From Octopus sinensis (Eukaryota), in NCBI RefSeq assembly GCF_006345805.1, contig NC_043015.1:3906001-3970000 (forward strand): 64,000 nucleotides of DNA, in the 5' to 3' direction. Of this stretch, positions 27,457 through 41,886 are shown in pieces (position 1 is the stretch's first letter; each line of letters begins with the position of its first letter). A model generated the notes under the pieces. The model was not told the origin of the DNA. It searched no databases and was given only the letters and a program-made list of their open reading frames with translations. The position numbers were made by a program, and so were the translations under genes.

Positions 27457-28177
27457 AGTATATACATGCTTGTGTTTGTAGGTGAATACAAGTAATTTTT
27501 TTTTATCTTTATCTCAAAGAGAATGAAATATCAGAACAGAGACAAAACAATGCTTTGGGAATCCGGATAAGATCACCACTGAGACTTACATATACTGGCA
27601 CTGAATGTTACAGTTAATACTTATGTAACATGCAGAAGAAATTCCAAATCATTTGGAGGATAATTATCAATATACTTACCTCCCAAGTCTTATGAATTAT
27701 CCAGAGTTACTGATTCTAGCAGGTCCCCGAATGATTAGATATTTTCTCGCTTTAGTACATTTCCTGGTCTCATTAGGATGATATCAATGAGAAGAAATAC
27801 GGGATTAGAAATGGAGGAATGTTTTATGAAAAGAGACACACATGAGTCGCATGCATGCACACACACACATATACATCTCTCTATACACACGTATACACAC
27901 ACATATTTGTGTTAGCATAAAGCATATATATGCAAGTACGTATATATTTTACATGCACGCATTTCATATACGTATGAATGAAAGTAAGGTTTCGCGTTTG
28001 TATCCAAATAGCTCTGTCCAGAGAGATCTAATTTGTAGTTACATTGTAAAGGACTGTGGAATACTTTGGCGTATACGAAACAAAGACATGTTTCTGTTGG
28101 ATAACACACGTAGAAATTAGTTTTCTCTTTCACTAAGTGCCAACAATGTCAGTGTCATCATTACGGATTACCAGACC

Positions 28178-28450
28178 TGATAGTAAAATTCTTATATATT
28201 TCTTTACTACCCACAAGGGCCTAAACACAGAGAGGACAAGCAAGGACAGACAAACGGATTAAGTCGATTATATCGACGCCAGTGCGGAAGTGGTACTAAA
28301 TTTATCGACCTGGAAAGGATGAAAAGCAAAGTCGACCTCGGCGGAATTTGAACTCACAACGTAACGGCAGACGAAATACGACTACGCATTTCACCCGGCG
28401 CGCTAACGTTTCTGCCAGCTCGCCGCCTTATGATAGTAAAATTCTTATAT
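28178..28450 (+). mobile_element. SINE insertion with perfect 20 bp target-site duplication
   Basis: tgatagtaaaattcttatat at 28178-28197 and 28431-28450 flanks a near-consensus SINE body. Confidence 0.9.
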
Positions 28451-29309
28451 GCTCTTCATTTAATTATAGATGTTTTGAAAAGAAATTCAGACAAATGCAA
28501 CACAATAACGAAAATACAGCGACCAAATAGATGTTTTTATGCATTCCTAACAAAGCTATAGCTTCTTAAATTCATATATTAATTAGATTTTACAAATGTA
28601 AATATAAAACAAAATATTCGGCCAATATGTGTACTCCTTCTATTGAGGCTCATCGAGTAACTTACGGCTTCTTAAAGGAAGACGATTCATCTCAAAAGTT
28701 CTCTCTATCTCTCTTTCACACGTATGTTTGCTTATTTAAGTCATGAGATCGCGGTCATCCTGGAGCACCGCATTCGTGTATCTTAGTCTTGAGAAATGAC
28801 CCCAGTACTTAAATTTTAAGCCAGGTACTGATTCTAGCGGAGTCTTTTGACGAAATTTTAAGCTACGCGAAGACACCAACCAAATACTAATTCACATGCA
28901 TAAACTCGCGTGCTCATACACACTGACGCACACGCACACACTCATACACACTGACGCACACGCACACACTCAAGATGGTCGTCTTTCAATTGTTGTCTAA
29001 AAAAATCCATTCGAAAACGTTTCTTCTGCTGAAAGGAACAGCAGAAGACACCAAATGTATTTCTCTGCGGGACAGAACCCGGAACCAAAAGGGTTGGAAA
29101 ATAAGTCTCTTACAATAGGGCCACAAATGCACCTATATACGCACAATATAATTCTTAATATATATGAAAACTACTTTAATGTACAAACACAGACAGACAG
29201 ACAGACAGACCCACACACCTACACACATATATGCATATACATTTATGTTATATATTTGTAGGGAAATAAATCAGAAAGGAAATGACGAAACAGCAGCAGC
29301 AGTACCACC

Positions 29310-29414
29310 ATGACCACCACCACCAGCAATGTCAACAATACGGTCAACTACAACAGGAACAACAACAGCAGCAGCTACAACACTAATAATAATAATAATA
29401 ATGATAATAATAAT

Positions 29415-29467
<53 letters not shown>

Positions 29468-29492
29468 TAATAATAATAATATATTATTATAA
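29310..29492. repeat. (AAC)/(AAT)n trinucleotide microsatellite
   Basis: Directly visible. It explains the poly-N ORF. Confidence 0.9.
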
Positions 29493-30734
29493 AATAAACA
29501 TTTAAATATAGCTATATATTTTCAGATGATTATATAATGGAATAAATCTTGCTGGTTTTTTTTCTCCTTTAATATTTAAAATTTTAGAGAAAATTGAATA
29601 ATAAAATATAACGAATGTAATACAACTACTAAAGGAATTACTACGATAAACAAGACAGAATTTTTGCAACAATTTTATCTATCAAAACATAGATGTGTCT
29701 GTTTTATGTAACAATAAATTTCTGGAGAGGAATTGACGAGTGTTTTGTAAATATATGGACAGACAACTTTCTACTTAATATATATTATATATTCTGTTTT
29801 TTTGTAGGTGAACAATTACACACATTCACTCACAAATTCAGACACAGTTTCAAAAGCGGTATACATACACACCTTTACACATACAAACGTACAAGAACAC
29901 ACGTATACACATAGGCATACATACACACACACAGACACTGAGACAAGTACGTAATCTGAACATACATATACCAAGATCTATTTCGTTCTACCAAGGCATA
30001 AACTGATGCGTGCGTACGGTGTGTATGTGAAAGAAAAAAGAAGAGAGATAAAGCGGTGAAAGTAAGAAGGGAAGTGTTTGCATTTCTCAAGTATGTCGTT
30101 GTGCATTCAGTTTAAATAACAACAAAACTGCTTCTGGAATAACATGTAGGTAACCTGAGGTTTATACTAAATATTGCCAAAAGCATAAGACTCGGGGGCA
30201 CTCAGCATTCCACAGCGTTTTCCATTGCTAAACCTTACATTTATCGGTTTAAAAAAAGCAATTCTACAGGCTATAAACATGTCTCTACCTAAATATTATC
30301 ATCCACAAAATATATAGAGAACAAGGCGTTACAAGATACACATCTTAGGTGGAAGGCGGTATGATCAAACTATTGACGCCGTGGTTGCAATATGTGTATG
30401 TTCGCAGTGCGGATACATACTATCCATAACGTCAAATGACTTAGTACATCGTATCACATGGTTGGGCCGATTATAGAGCAATACAATGTTAAAGCAATTT
30501 GAAATCGAATTGCAGTTCACATATATAAGTGTGTGTGTGTCTATGATTATGTTGAATTCTAATAAAAAGATTTCTACATTAATTCAATTGTTTACTCAAT
30601 AAATTTCTTGAGCACAAATATATTATTCTTATCCAAGAATATTACTGTCAGTGACTTCAAGTGTCGACAAAATCAGTCACCTTTCTAATGCGTGCATTTC
30701 CGTTAATCTTGGCTTTATATAGTATCTCGTGAAT

Positions 30735-31295
<561 letters not shown>

Positions 31296-31369
31296 TCATG
31301 TATACACACACACCACACACACACACACACACAACACACACACACACACACACCACACACACACCACAC

Positions 31370-31414
<45 letters not shown>

Positions 31415-31416
<2 letters not shown>

Positions 31417-33517
31417 CATCTAAATATCTTAATGTGGGTCAGAAATATGTAGGAGCAAAACTTGACCGTCGAAATGAAAGTGGTCTAGACTCTTCAAAGG
31501 CAAACTATATAACGGACTTAGAAATATTTTTAGGACTGGCAAATTATTAGCAATATTATATTCCAACTATGCATAAATGTAGGAGTTCCACTGCATTGTC
31601 TTCTGAAGAAAGGTATGAAATGGAATTCGTCGGAGAAATGTCAAAGGGCGCTTGACGAAACATAGAAATATTAATATCTGATTTGTCATTAGCACACATC
31701 GATCCTGCAGCGGAGATTGTTGTAGCATCAGGCATTGCTGAGTACGGTATAATATCATTAATGCTACACACATATAAAGATGGTAACATAAAGGTGGTAG
31801 GTCGTGCCTCTTGTTCTTTGTTATCAACAAATAATAATTAAATTCAAATCGAAAAAGAAGCTCTAGCGATTATTTTTGCCGTCAAAAGATTTCACATTAT
31901 TTTACATTGAAGAAGTTTTTGTGTACCGAGTGATCAGACGTGGGAAAAGTAATTCCTACCTATACGGTTTATAGGTTACAATGCTGTGATATGATATTAT
32001 TAAACGATGATTTCAACATGACGTATATACAATCCTGCGGACAGCCAATCGAGACTGATTTCCAAAAATGCGGAACCATTAGAATATACCGAATTGCTGT
32101 TTGTGAGCGGAAAATGAAACTTAAAAAATGCATTGGGTAACGTCATTCTTGACATGCCAGTTACCTTCGAAGACATAAAATCAGAACATGATTAGTTTAT
32201 TATATGAACGAAAGATATACTGAGGGCTAAAAAAAGATTAAAACATATGCGCAACACAAATATGAAGCCTATATTACTGTGTGACAATGTCTTGATGTAT
32301 GCACGAAGAGTCGAAGTGTCAGTCACACTACAAAAGCAATTATTAAAGTAATTTCTTATCAGTCATTTAGTTATTTAGACAATGCAATCATTAAAGGTGT
32401 ATTGGTGAAGAATGAACCGTGTCATTGAAGAATCTGTAAAATCATTCAGAGTATATGTCTTAGGTGCGAATCACTTCCACTAAATGGAAACCGAGGCCTT
32501 AAACAGACGTTCCATGGGCCAGAATGCATGCTGATTACGCAGGTCCACTCAAGGGATCATGTTACCTTGTTGTGATGGACAGTTTTTCAAAGTGGCACGG
32601 TATTCCGTATACCACTGTGTCGAATAGTAGAACTCAATTTACCTCAGACTAATTCAGAGAATTTTGCAACATGTTCGTTATCGAACATGTCACCACTCCG
32701 TCCTATGATCCTAGGTGAAATCGACAAGTGGAGCGCTTTGTTTGTTGACACTTTCAAGAGGCCGTTGAGATTTGCACTTCAAATATTTCTAAAACTCTAC
32801 CGAGTAAAACCTCATCCGGAAATGTTATCCAGAGCAATGATGCTTGTTACAATGTTCAGATCTTCTACTGACAAGCTGATACCGAGTGAAAATAGATAAA
32901 AGGGGAACAGCTACTATACTTCAAAAGTCTTCATTTTAGGTAACAAAGTTTTATTTTTTAAACCTACAGACATGGAAATGAAATGTGGGAGAGCAGTGTA
33001 ATTATTAAACAAATTGGAAGAATGATGTTCCTGGTAAAAGGAAAAGACGTCGAATGCAAAAGGCAGTAACCAGCTTAAGAACAGATTCACGGAAAAACCG
33101 GTCACGAGAAAGAAAGTCCCTATGAAAGTATTCTAATACACGATTGAGATACCAACACCCAAACAATTTTAAATTACACCTACCACCATAACACGGAAGA
33201 GTACGGGAACACTTGAACTGAAACCTAAATGTAAGTGATAATAAAACTCGGAGCAGAGTTCAATTCTCAAAAGGGAACAAGATGGGGTTGCTGATTCTAA
33301 AAAGGGGAGATGTTTTGGAAGGATTCTGACAACCCAAAAGGGACTAAATTTGGACAGACTCATTGTTATGAATTACAGACCTGGGTACGATTGGCAGTTC
33401 GATTTGGTAGCAATCCACTGTGAGCCTTTAATTTTGAGCTCTGTGTCTCGTGTAATAGTAATAGTCGTGCATATACTTCCTTTCTCCGCTACTTCATAAT
33501 ATTATATATCCATTACA
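31415..33517 (+). mobile_element. Degenerate Ty3/Gypsy LTR retrotransposon, 3' part (RT C-terminus, RNase H, integrase, PPT, 3' LTR)
   Basis: Translates as FLGLANY (~31530), PLHCLLKKGMKW, IEKEALAIIFAVKRFH (31848-31895) and PWARMHADYAGPLKGSCYLVVMDSFSKW (from 32512). Many stops and frameshifts. Confidence 0.9.
33311..33517 (+). repeat. Putative 3' LTR (TG...CA) after polypurine tract
   Basis: aaaaggggaga (33300-33310) directly precedes TGTT at 33311. The probable end is ...cattaCA at 33517, uncertain without a 5' LTR. Confidence 0.55.
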
Positions 33518-34084
33518 AGGCCATAAAACTTTTCTAGATATTTTATGCGTGCATTTCAGTAGTCATATATACCAGTACAATGTGATTGTTTTAAATGGAT
33601 TTCAGATATATTCGCAGTTATCATTTGCAAATTTTGAACGTGTTTTCGTTATTTTTTTTTGCTTTTTCACATTTGAACAAAGACTGTTTTAACTCCTGGA
33701 ATGTAGAGATGAGCTCTTTCATCTGCTTTTATTGTCCCTTGTATACAATATACCTACCTATCCCTTCCAGTTAAATATAAAAAAAACCGTAGACAATATT
33801 TAAAGTACACATTATGAAAACCTCAACGTAACATTTGCATATTGAAATATGTTTTACAGGTCACATTTTAGATACATGGCATGCCAAAAAAAAACAAAGA
33901 AAAGCTCGCAAATATAGTCAACGTTGCTTGGCAAAATGATTGGTCTAAATACTGTAGCTTAAAAAACAAAAAACAGTGCAACTCAGAAATAACTCCAATG
34001 TTCCATTGTTGTCTCGTGAGGAGGATAAGGTTAACTTCAGTGAATTATAGGAAGCAGCAATGTCTGAAGCTGCTCCTGCTCCAC

Positions 34085-34109
34085 CCCTCTACCCCTCCTC
34101 CTCCTCCCC

Positions 34110-34166
<57 letters not shown>

Positions 34167-34232
34167 GTACTACTATTACTACTATGATTATTATTATCAT
34201 TATTATTATTATTGTTATCAATAATAATAATG

Positions 34233-34268
<36 letters not shown>

Positions 34269-34290
34269 TTAATAGTAATAATAATGATAA
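34085..34290. repeat. Compound (CCT)(ACT)(ATT)(AAT)n microsatellite
   Basis: Directly visible. It explains the P/T/I/N homopolymer ORFs. Confidence 0.95.
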
Positions 34291-34728
34291 TCACTCAGCT
34301 TCTGATGCTTATTATACACAACCCCGGATATTTGAACAAGTGAATTGGATATTTGAAACATTTAATATCTTTGCTGCATTCACTTTAAGATCAATATTTG
34401 CGGTTCTTAAAATTAGCCTATTATTCGCATACACCAGAGAATTTTAGCTACGCAGAGAGACAGACGCAACAAATCTATGCAATTCATTGAATTCAAACAA
34501 AGAGGCAAGAGGGAATACATAAATATAAGTAGTGTGGTTTATTTTAAAAAATATAAAAATATTACTGTATTGGAAGGAGAAATGCCGTGTTCAGAATATA
34601 AAACAAATTAATATTTTTTCGATGTGTACATTTAATGGAATGAAATAGCTTTTGCACTGCAGCCTCAGGGAACATTTAGCCGCAGCGAACGGAGAATGTT
34701 GATAAATATGAAGTCTTTGCAGCGCTAA

Positions 34729-34799
<71 letters not shown>

Positions 34800-34802
34800 A
34801 TA

Positions 34803-34835
<33 letters not shown>

Positions 34836-34878
34836 ATGTAACTATACATTCATACATATATACCTCTCTCTCTCTCTC

Positions 34879-34951
<73 letters not shown>

Positions 34952-36352
34952 GTATGTATATGTATATACATATATATATACGTATGTGTGTGCAATTATT
35001 TGCCAGTACGCTAACTTTTATTAAAACCCATATTTTCATGCATATATAAATTGCATATAAAACACGGCATAAATCAGAAGAACTGAAATTAATTTACACA
35101 TTACTAACCCTACTGTTTGATAAAAGTAAGGTGCTACATTTTGATATAGTTCGGAATATGTAGTAGACGCATAATTCAATCTACAGAGACATCGTTTTAC
35201 AGATTGTTGGCGCCTCGTAATAGAAATGCACTAGCTTTCTTTTTTCTTAATAATTACACTGAAGAACATAGAATTTAGGGCTTGATGTATTAAACTTCTC
35301 GTTAGGTAATGTTGGGTCATGTATTCTAATATACAATCAATTCACATTCATCATATATGGTTATCAGGATATAATATGCACCTACATTCTAATTGTAAAA
35401 TCCATCGGTCCTCAGACCTAATGGCTACATAATCATAATTGCAGACATTTAGATAAAAACATGGCTTGAGACAAGGCCATATATTTAGGATTAAATTATA
35501 TCCTTAGATACAGATAATAAAGAAACAAATATGAAAAATGATTTTATATTACTAACGTGAGGAGTTGACACAATATAAAAATTATAACGTAGCTGCACGT
35601 TAGCTACATAAGAGAGTAAATTTCTATGCGCAAGCACTCTTTCTCCGACTGCTCATTGAATACATACATAATTAAATACATCGAATACATCGAATGCATA
35701 CGTAATTAAATGAGGTAAACTGGTTGGTACTTGGTCACGTGATATCGAACCGGGTTTTGAACTAAAACGTTATAGGGGTTTATCTTAGCTAGACACCTTC
35801 TTTAATAAACATAATGGATTATGTATTTGCTGCTCACACCTTAACTACTTGAAAATATGTCAGTAAATTGCTCCGTCCTAGTTGAAGCATGGATTGTAAC
35901 TGAACTATTTTCACGATGTCTTCCACATAGCATGATTTATTATAAACATATACGCGAACACCACGCGTTCTATACCACTGCAACAACAACTTCCACGTTC
36001 GAACCACTTATGCATTCACTCAACCTTTGACTGTACCACAAAGATATTATCGGATGATGATGCTTCGAGTGAATTTGAAGTGCATCTCGATATTTTAATA
36101 TATATTCACCGGCCACAATGTTAACTGATCTATGATTCACAATTCTCGGCAAAGAAGAAATGGAGTACACGTAGTGCAACATCATCTTGAAAATTGGAAG
36201 ATGCAGCTCGTTTGACGGCAGAACCAATAATATGCCCACAAATTTATTCGAATTCATAGACTTAGAAACAACACGCACATATCCTCTTACACTATTTTGT
36301 TGGAGTATACAAGAAAACAAATAAATTTTGTGATGTTCTAGGTGCGCCTGAA

Positions 36353-36471
36353 GTAAGAGCGCCTTAAGTAATAACTTAAAATATTTTGTAGCCATTCGCC
36401 ATGATACATTGCTAACCATAACACATTCTTTATTTTCTCTTATTATTTTCTCTCTTTGTTTCTTTCTGTAG
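36353..36471 (+). other. Candidate 119 nt GT-AG intron
   Basis: Donor GTAAGA at 36353, branch-like TGCTAAC at 36410-36416, AG-free pyrimidine tract, TAG acceptor at 36469-36471. Confidence 0.35.
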
Positions 36472-37763
36472 AAGAGCGTAGGCTGGAAACGTTCAAGAAT
36501 TTTTCACTTCCCGAGGGTTATGCTAATACATTTGTTTGTTTTCTACACCACCTGTCTGCGTCTTTTGGTGAATTCTCCTATATATATATATGTGTGTGTG
36601 TACACACACACACGCACACATACGCACGCACGCACACACACACATACACACACCCATATATATATATATATATTACTTAACTCTTCTTTCACACCGTCTC
36701 CGATAAAGGGATATAATTCATTAATATCCAGGAAATAGCTGTCTATCTAGCAATGTTCTATCTATCAATGTTCTAATATCTACACAGCCTTCGATTGTAT
36801 CTCATTAAGCAAAAAATTATTTTATATATATACATGATCTTAAGATACGTATGGATGAATATGCTTGCATAAATGTATTTAAGATCGCGTGATTTTAAGC
36901 GTGTATGCGGTGAGTCTTCTTTCAAATAATTCATCTCCTGCACTGTATAAATGTACATTAGTAGTGCTAGCCGATGTCGTATATGATGCATGTCTACAAA
37001 TAATTTCCTATCAACATCATACATCGTCAGTTTCTTTGCTTCATTTTCAGTCGAAGGAATGAAATTTGAATACAATTTTAAATAAATGTTTAATATAACG
37101 ATGTCATATTCTTCGACATACCTCAGGGGAATTTCTAGTTTTATACAAAAGATAAAAATAAGACTATTTTTCTGACATATCAATTATATTACTGATTCTT
37201 AAATCTCTAAAATGTTATTTATCTATTTGTTCAAACAGTGTTGATTTATGAAAAGTTAATGAAAATTATGCTATCAAATTGTATTTATTTTACTGCTTTT
37301 GTTTTATATCGATGTGAAGATGATTAATATAGCGTTTGAATTTCAGAAGCTAATGAGGTTTGTTGATAAGGAAAATGGCTTAGTTATCATTTATATGTCT
37401 TCATTTTCTTGATAGTTTTCTTTGTTTTTTCGTTATATATCGTACACATCATTCATCTATGTATACACACAGACAAGTACAATATATACATATACGTGTG
37501 CGTGTGTTTATATGCGTATATGTGTATGAGAAATGCAATTCAAAACGAGCACACATGTGTGTTTTCTCATATTTTTTCGGTGTAGGTCACAAGTGCCTAA
37601 AGGGTGGTCTATCAGTTTCCACCATCTGCCGCTTCCAAATACTAGATGTTTCTACATATTGTTGCCTCTGCTCTATTGAAGAACACAGATTTCGCGAGCC
37701 GGTATAGAGCAATATCATGTATGAAGACTTTTCAAACACCATCCAGAACGTAGATGCATATAT

Positions 37764-37809
<46 letters not shown>

Positions 37810-38214
37810 TAGGAGTGGCTGTGTGGTAAGTAGTGGCTTACATTACTATTGTGCATGAGCGAGATAGAGCTGTGTTTGAAGCCGAATCGGTAAGACGTGT
37901 TTTTGAAGCTGTCTTAAATTAAAAACTTTTGAAACTCATCTGTAAAGTAAGACTTTCTTCTGTCTATTGAGGGCCTGTTGTATTTCGCAATTATTTTTAC
38001 AAACAAGAAGTCCTCACTACACTCTAGTCGGCCTGAGGCTGAGTGAATTGCTTTTTTTCACTTAATTGTAAAACAATATTGATTTGGTGGGCGTAGTCTA
38101 CCGAAAAATGTTGTTTGAAAAGAGTGTTTGAACAATATTGTTTCTGTCAAGGAGTACCTGGAAGAAAATTGGAATGATTTTTTAACTGTTTTACAATCGT
38201 GTAAAAATTATACA

Positions 38215-38245
<31 letters not shown>

Positions 38246-38253
38246 ATATGTAT

Positions 38254-38298
<45 letters not shown>

Positions 38299-38881
38299 CA
38301 CATCTGTGTATGTATGGATATGTATAAGCATACATACGCTCATGCGCATAAATATACATATACAAATATACACACTTAGATGTATATCTATAAATATGAT
38401 ATACATCATTTATATTCATATTACCGAAATCTTATAAAGTATGGATTGCTATTTTAAGCAATTCAGTCAATAACGAGAATGTATTGCCATATTTCATGAT
38501 ACATATGTCCGTATTTTTAGAACATTATTAGTTTCCTTTCAAATGTTTCTCAACAATACCTTGTCAGATCCATTCTTAATGTACCGTGTATTTTCTTCTA
38601 AATATGAGTACTTAAACAGAGAAAAGTATTTGAAACATCTGAATTTGTAAAACTGGCTGCATCAATAACCTTATTAATTTTAAAATACTTGAAGTTTTTC
38701 TTTCCTTTCTCATCTAATGCATACTGGTGTGAAATAAAAATTAATATCACTAGAATACTTGGAATTTTTAAAATTCTATATGAAGTTAGAGATAATACAT
38801 TTGGAATTGGTTAAATGAAATGTTTTGACTATTAATCATTTGCGTTCACTGTTCGCATTACATGGATCAAATGATTTAGAT

Positions 38882-38941
38882 TTAGTATTCACTATTCATA
38901 GTATCGTAGTCGTCGTCGTCATCATCATCATCATCATTATC

Positions 38942-38995
<54 letters not shown>

Positions 38996-39199
38996 GTCAT
39001 CATCTTCATCACCTTCTTCTTCTTCACTCTCATTGGCGTCATCCACCTCATTCTCCTTATGCTCGTTATTCTGCTCATCCTCATTAATATCATAACCGCC
39101 ATCATCGTCATCGTCATCGTCATCATCATCATCATCATCATCATTATCATCGTCGTCGTCGTCGTATTCTTTTCTTCTACATCTTATAAAATCCTGCAC
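38882..39199 (-). repeat. Decayed (GAT)n/(GAC)n/(GAA)n trinucleotide array that reads as an Asp/Glu-rich ORF
   Basis: All three frames are homopolymer-like. The acidic frame begins at GTG. Confidence 0.8.
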
Positions 39200-39985
39200 C
39201 AGCGTCGATCTTCATTACAGCATTTGCGACTTGTGAATAAATAGAAAAAACCCAATTTAAAATATAAATAAATAATAACCATGAGTGCAAATGTTGACAC
39301 AAACCCCCTATATAGAGGCCAATTCGGGTGTAGAATGGGGTCAGTTTTTATTCTGGCATTGGACAGGGGTTAATTTACAAAGAAAGAAACAGTTGAATAG
39401 TGCTCAGATGACCAGATTTCATCATTTCATCACTTCTTTATCACTAAATGCTTAATTCTATTCTGCAGTATATTTAGCATTTTTCTTCCTAATAACTGAC
39501 TATGTAGACAGAACTCCAATTTATAGTTAACCTGGCGGCCAATTTGTTGTCTCATATTTTGCTTGTGTATAATCTGCTTTAATTATAATAATATTTAGTC
39601 TGTAACTATAACACATGGTTTAGCATTGTGTGCAATCTATAGAAAGCCGTGTGACATCTCGCTTTAGGAATGCATCCTCATGCATAGTTAAAGGATGATA
39701 AGACTTAACAGAATAATCATTTTTAACAATCGCACGCCAAGGCACATTTATACATTGAATGGTTACAGGACAATGGTTACAGGACATCTCACCTATGTAA
39801 AAATGTATCAAAACAATTGTAATGATTTTAAATAATGAATATCGTTAACTTCATATTTTGTCTTTTGTCTGTTTACAGAAATACTATGGAATTATTGATG
39901 CACATATTATGATGACATCAGGTAGCCAATAATTGTGGAAGATATTTGCATAGCATTGAACAACATTTTAATTTTTTTTTATTCA

Positions 39986-41282
39986 GGCGCCCTCCGATTC
40001 TTCCCCTCTCTTCCTCCCATCCTCCTCCCCTCTTCCTCAATCCCTTCTTTCTCCTTCTCTCTTGGTCACTGATTCTGTCCCCTGCCTTCCACCCTCTTTG
40101 ATTCCCTCTCTCTCTGTCTCTCTTTCTCTCTCTCCTGCGACCTGCTGCTTCTTCAACCATTCTGTTGGCCTTCGTATCTCGACCAACATGTGTCCCCGCT
40201 ACCGAAACGGTAATTATTTCTACGCCAGCTGCTATGTTGTTGTTGTTGTTTTGTCTCATTTGGTCTAAAGTCGTATGACAACCACCGTTATATACATTTT
40301 GTTTTTTCATTACTGTTTTCAATTTCGTTTTCGTCTCTTGTATTCACATCCGTCTTGTCCGTTCACATTCCTGTCTTCTACCAAGAAATCTAATGCTTAC
40401 AGCTTAGTTTTTTTTCTTGGGGCTGGCCGAGTTGGAGCAAATATCAGAATTGAACAGCCGAAATTTGCTATGATGATTCGGTGTCTGACTGAAGATTGAA
40501 GGCTTCGAATGATTTGTCTGTGTTCCGTGTTCGTCCCTTCCTGTATTCACGTTCATTATATATAAAAACATTCATTCTTATATTATGCGGCGTTACGTGC
40601 ACCCCCCCGTTTGTTTGTCCAATTTTAAACCCTGCACGACTTCTATACACACTGTCTTTTACTACCCGCCATTGCTTCTTCACCAAACTTTTTTGGCGCC
40701 CCTCCGATTCTTCCCCTCTCTTCCTCCCATCCTCCTCCCCTCTTCCTCAATCCCTTCTTTCTCCTTCTCTCTTGGTCACTGATTCTGTCCCCTGCCTTCC
40801 ACCCTCTTTGATTCCCTCTCTCTCTGTCTCTCTTTCTCTCTCTCCTGCGACCTGCTGCTTCTTCAACCATTCTGTGGCCTTCGTATCTCGACAACATGTG
40901 TCCCCGCTACCGAAACGGTTAATTATTTCTACGCAGCTGCCATGTTGTTGTTGTTGTTTTGTCTCATTTGGTCTAAAGTCGTATGACAACACCGTTATAT
41001 ACATTTTGTTTTTTCATTATGTTTTCAATTTCGTTTTCGTCTCTTGTATTCACATCCGTCTTGTCCGTTCACATCCTGTCTTCTACCAAGAAATCTAATG
41101 CTACAGCTTAGTTTTTTTCTTGGGGCTGGCCGAGTTGGAGAAATATCAGAATTGAACAGCCGAAATTTGCTATGATGATTCGGTGTTGACTGAAGATTGA
41201 AGGCTTCGAATGATTTGTCTGTGTTCCGTTCGTCCCTTCCTGTATTTCAGTTCATTATATATAAAAACATTCATTCTTATAT
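39986..41282 (+). mobile_element. Head-to-tail pair of CT-rich permuted-hammerhead elements (subfamily B)
   Basis: 39986-40582 is repeated at 40695-41282 with a 112 bp spacer. Hammerhead-like domains at 40421-40510 and about 41124-41211. Confidence 0.85.
40421..40510 (+). ncRNA. Hammerhead-like motif, non-circular strand order (copy B1)
   Basis: AGCAAAT-A 40436-40443 pairs with A-TTTGCT 40463-40469. TCAGA 40444-40448 pairs with TCTGA 40484-40488. GAAA at 40460, CTGAAGA at 40489-40495. Confidence 0.65.
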
Positions 41283-41582
41283 ATATATATATATTGCTTA
41301 GACATAGAGAGTCTAATAGACTGATGTAGAACTCAATATAGATGTGTTCGGAAACACAATCTTATAGAAATATACAATGGTAATAGTAACATGGGACTGG
41401 TAACAGTAGAAAGAAAAGCTGTTTAATGAACATCGTTAGCTTACAGCAATTTCCGTCAGATGCGCCCTTTATTCGAGAAAGTTACATTTCTCAAATAATA
41501 AAGGCAAGAAGTAAGAGAATGTTTATGATGATGACTATCGAATGTTATGTCCTAAGGCGGGAAACAATATATGCAAATATAC

Positions 41583-41632
<50 letters not shown>

Positions 41633-41662
41633 ATGTGGTGTGTGTGTATGTGTGTGTACAAA

Positions 41663-41702
<40 letters not shown>

Positions 41703-41809
41703 TATAAATATATATGTATGTATATATATGTACATGAACATACATATATGTATACAGGCACACACATAAATATACACGCATATATATGTATATATATATG
41801 CATATATAT

Positions 41810-41886
<77 letters not shown>

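Noticed and set aside
35970-36419. 149 aa minus-strand ORF
   Set aside because: No recognisable motif, splice signals or repeat homology. It is compatible with chance.
36472-36520. EERRLETFKNF resembling the start of a BIR (IAP) domain
   Set aside because: No following WP, AGF or Cys/His motif. The frame also cannot join the upstream donor without a TGA stop.
39290-39375. piggyBac-like end (...caggggTTAA)
   Set aside because: No matching left end or transposase was found.
39879-39921. Plus-strand 43 nt segment after a good acceptor (KYYGIIDAHIMMTS)
   Set aside because: Weak donor (gtagcc) and no supporting partner exons.
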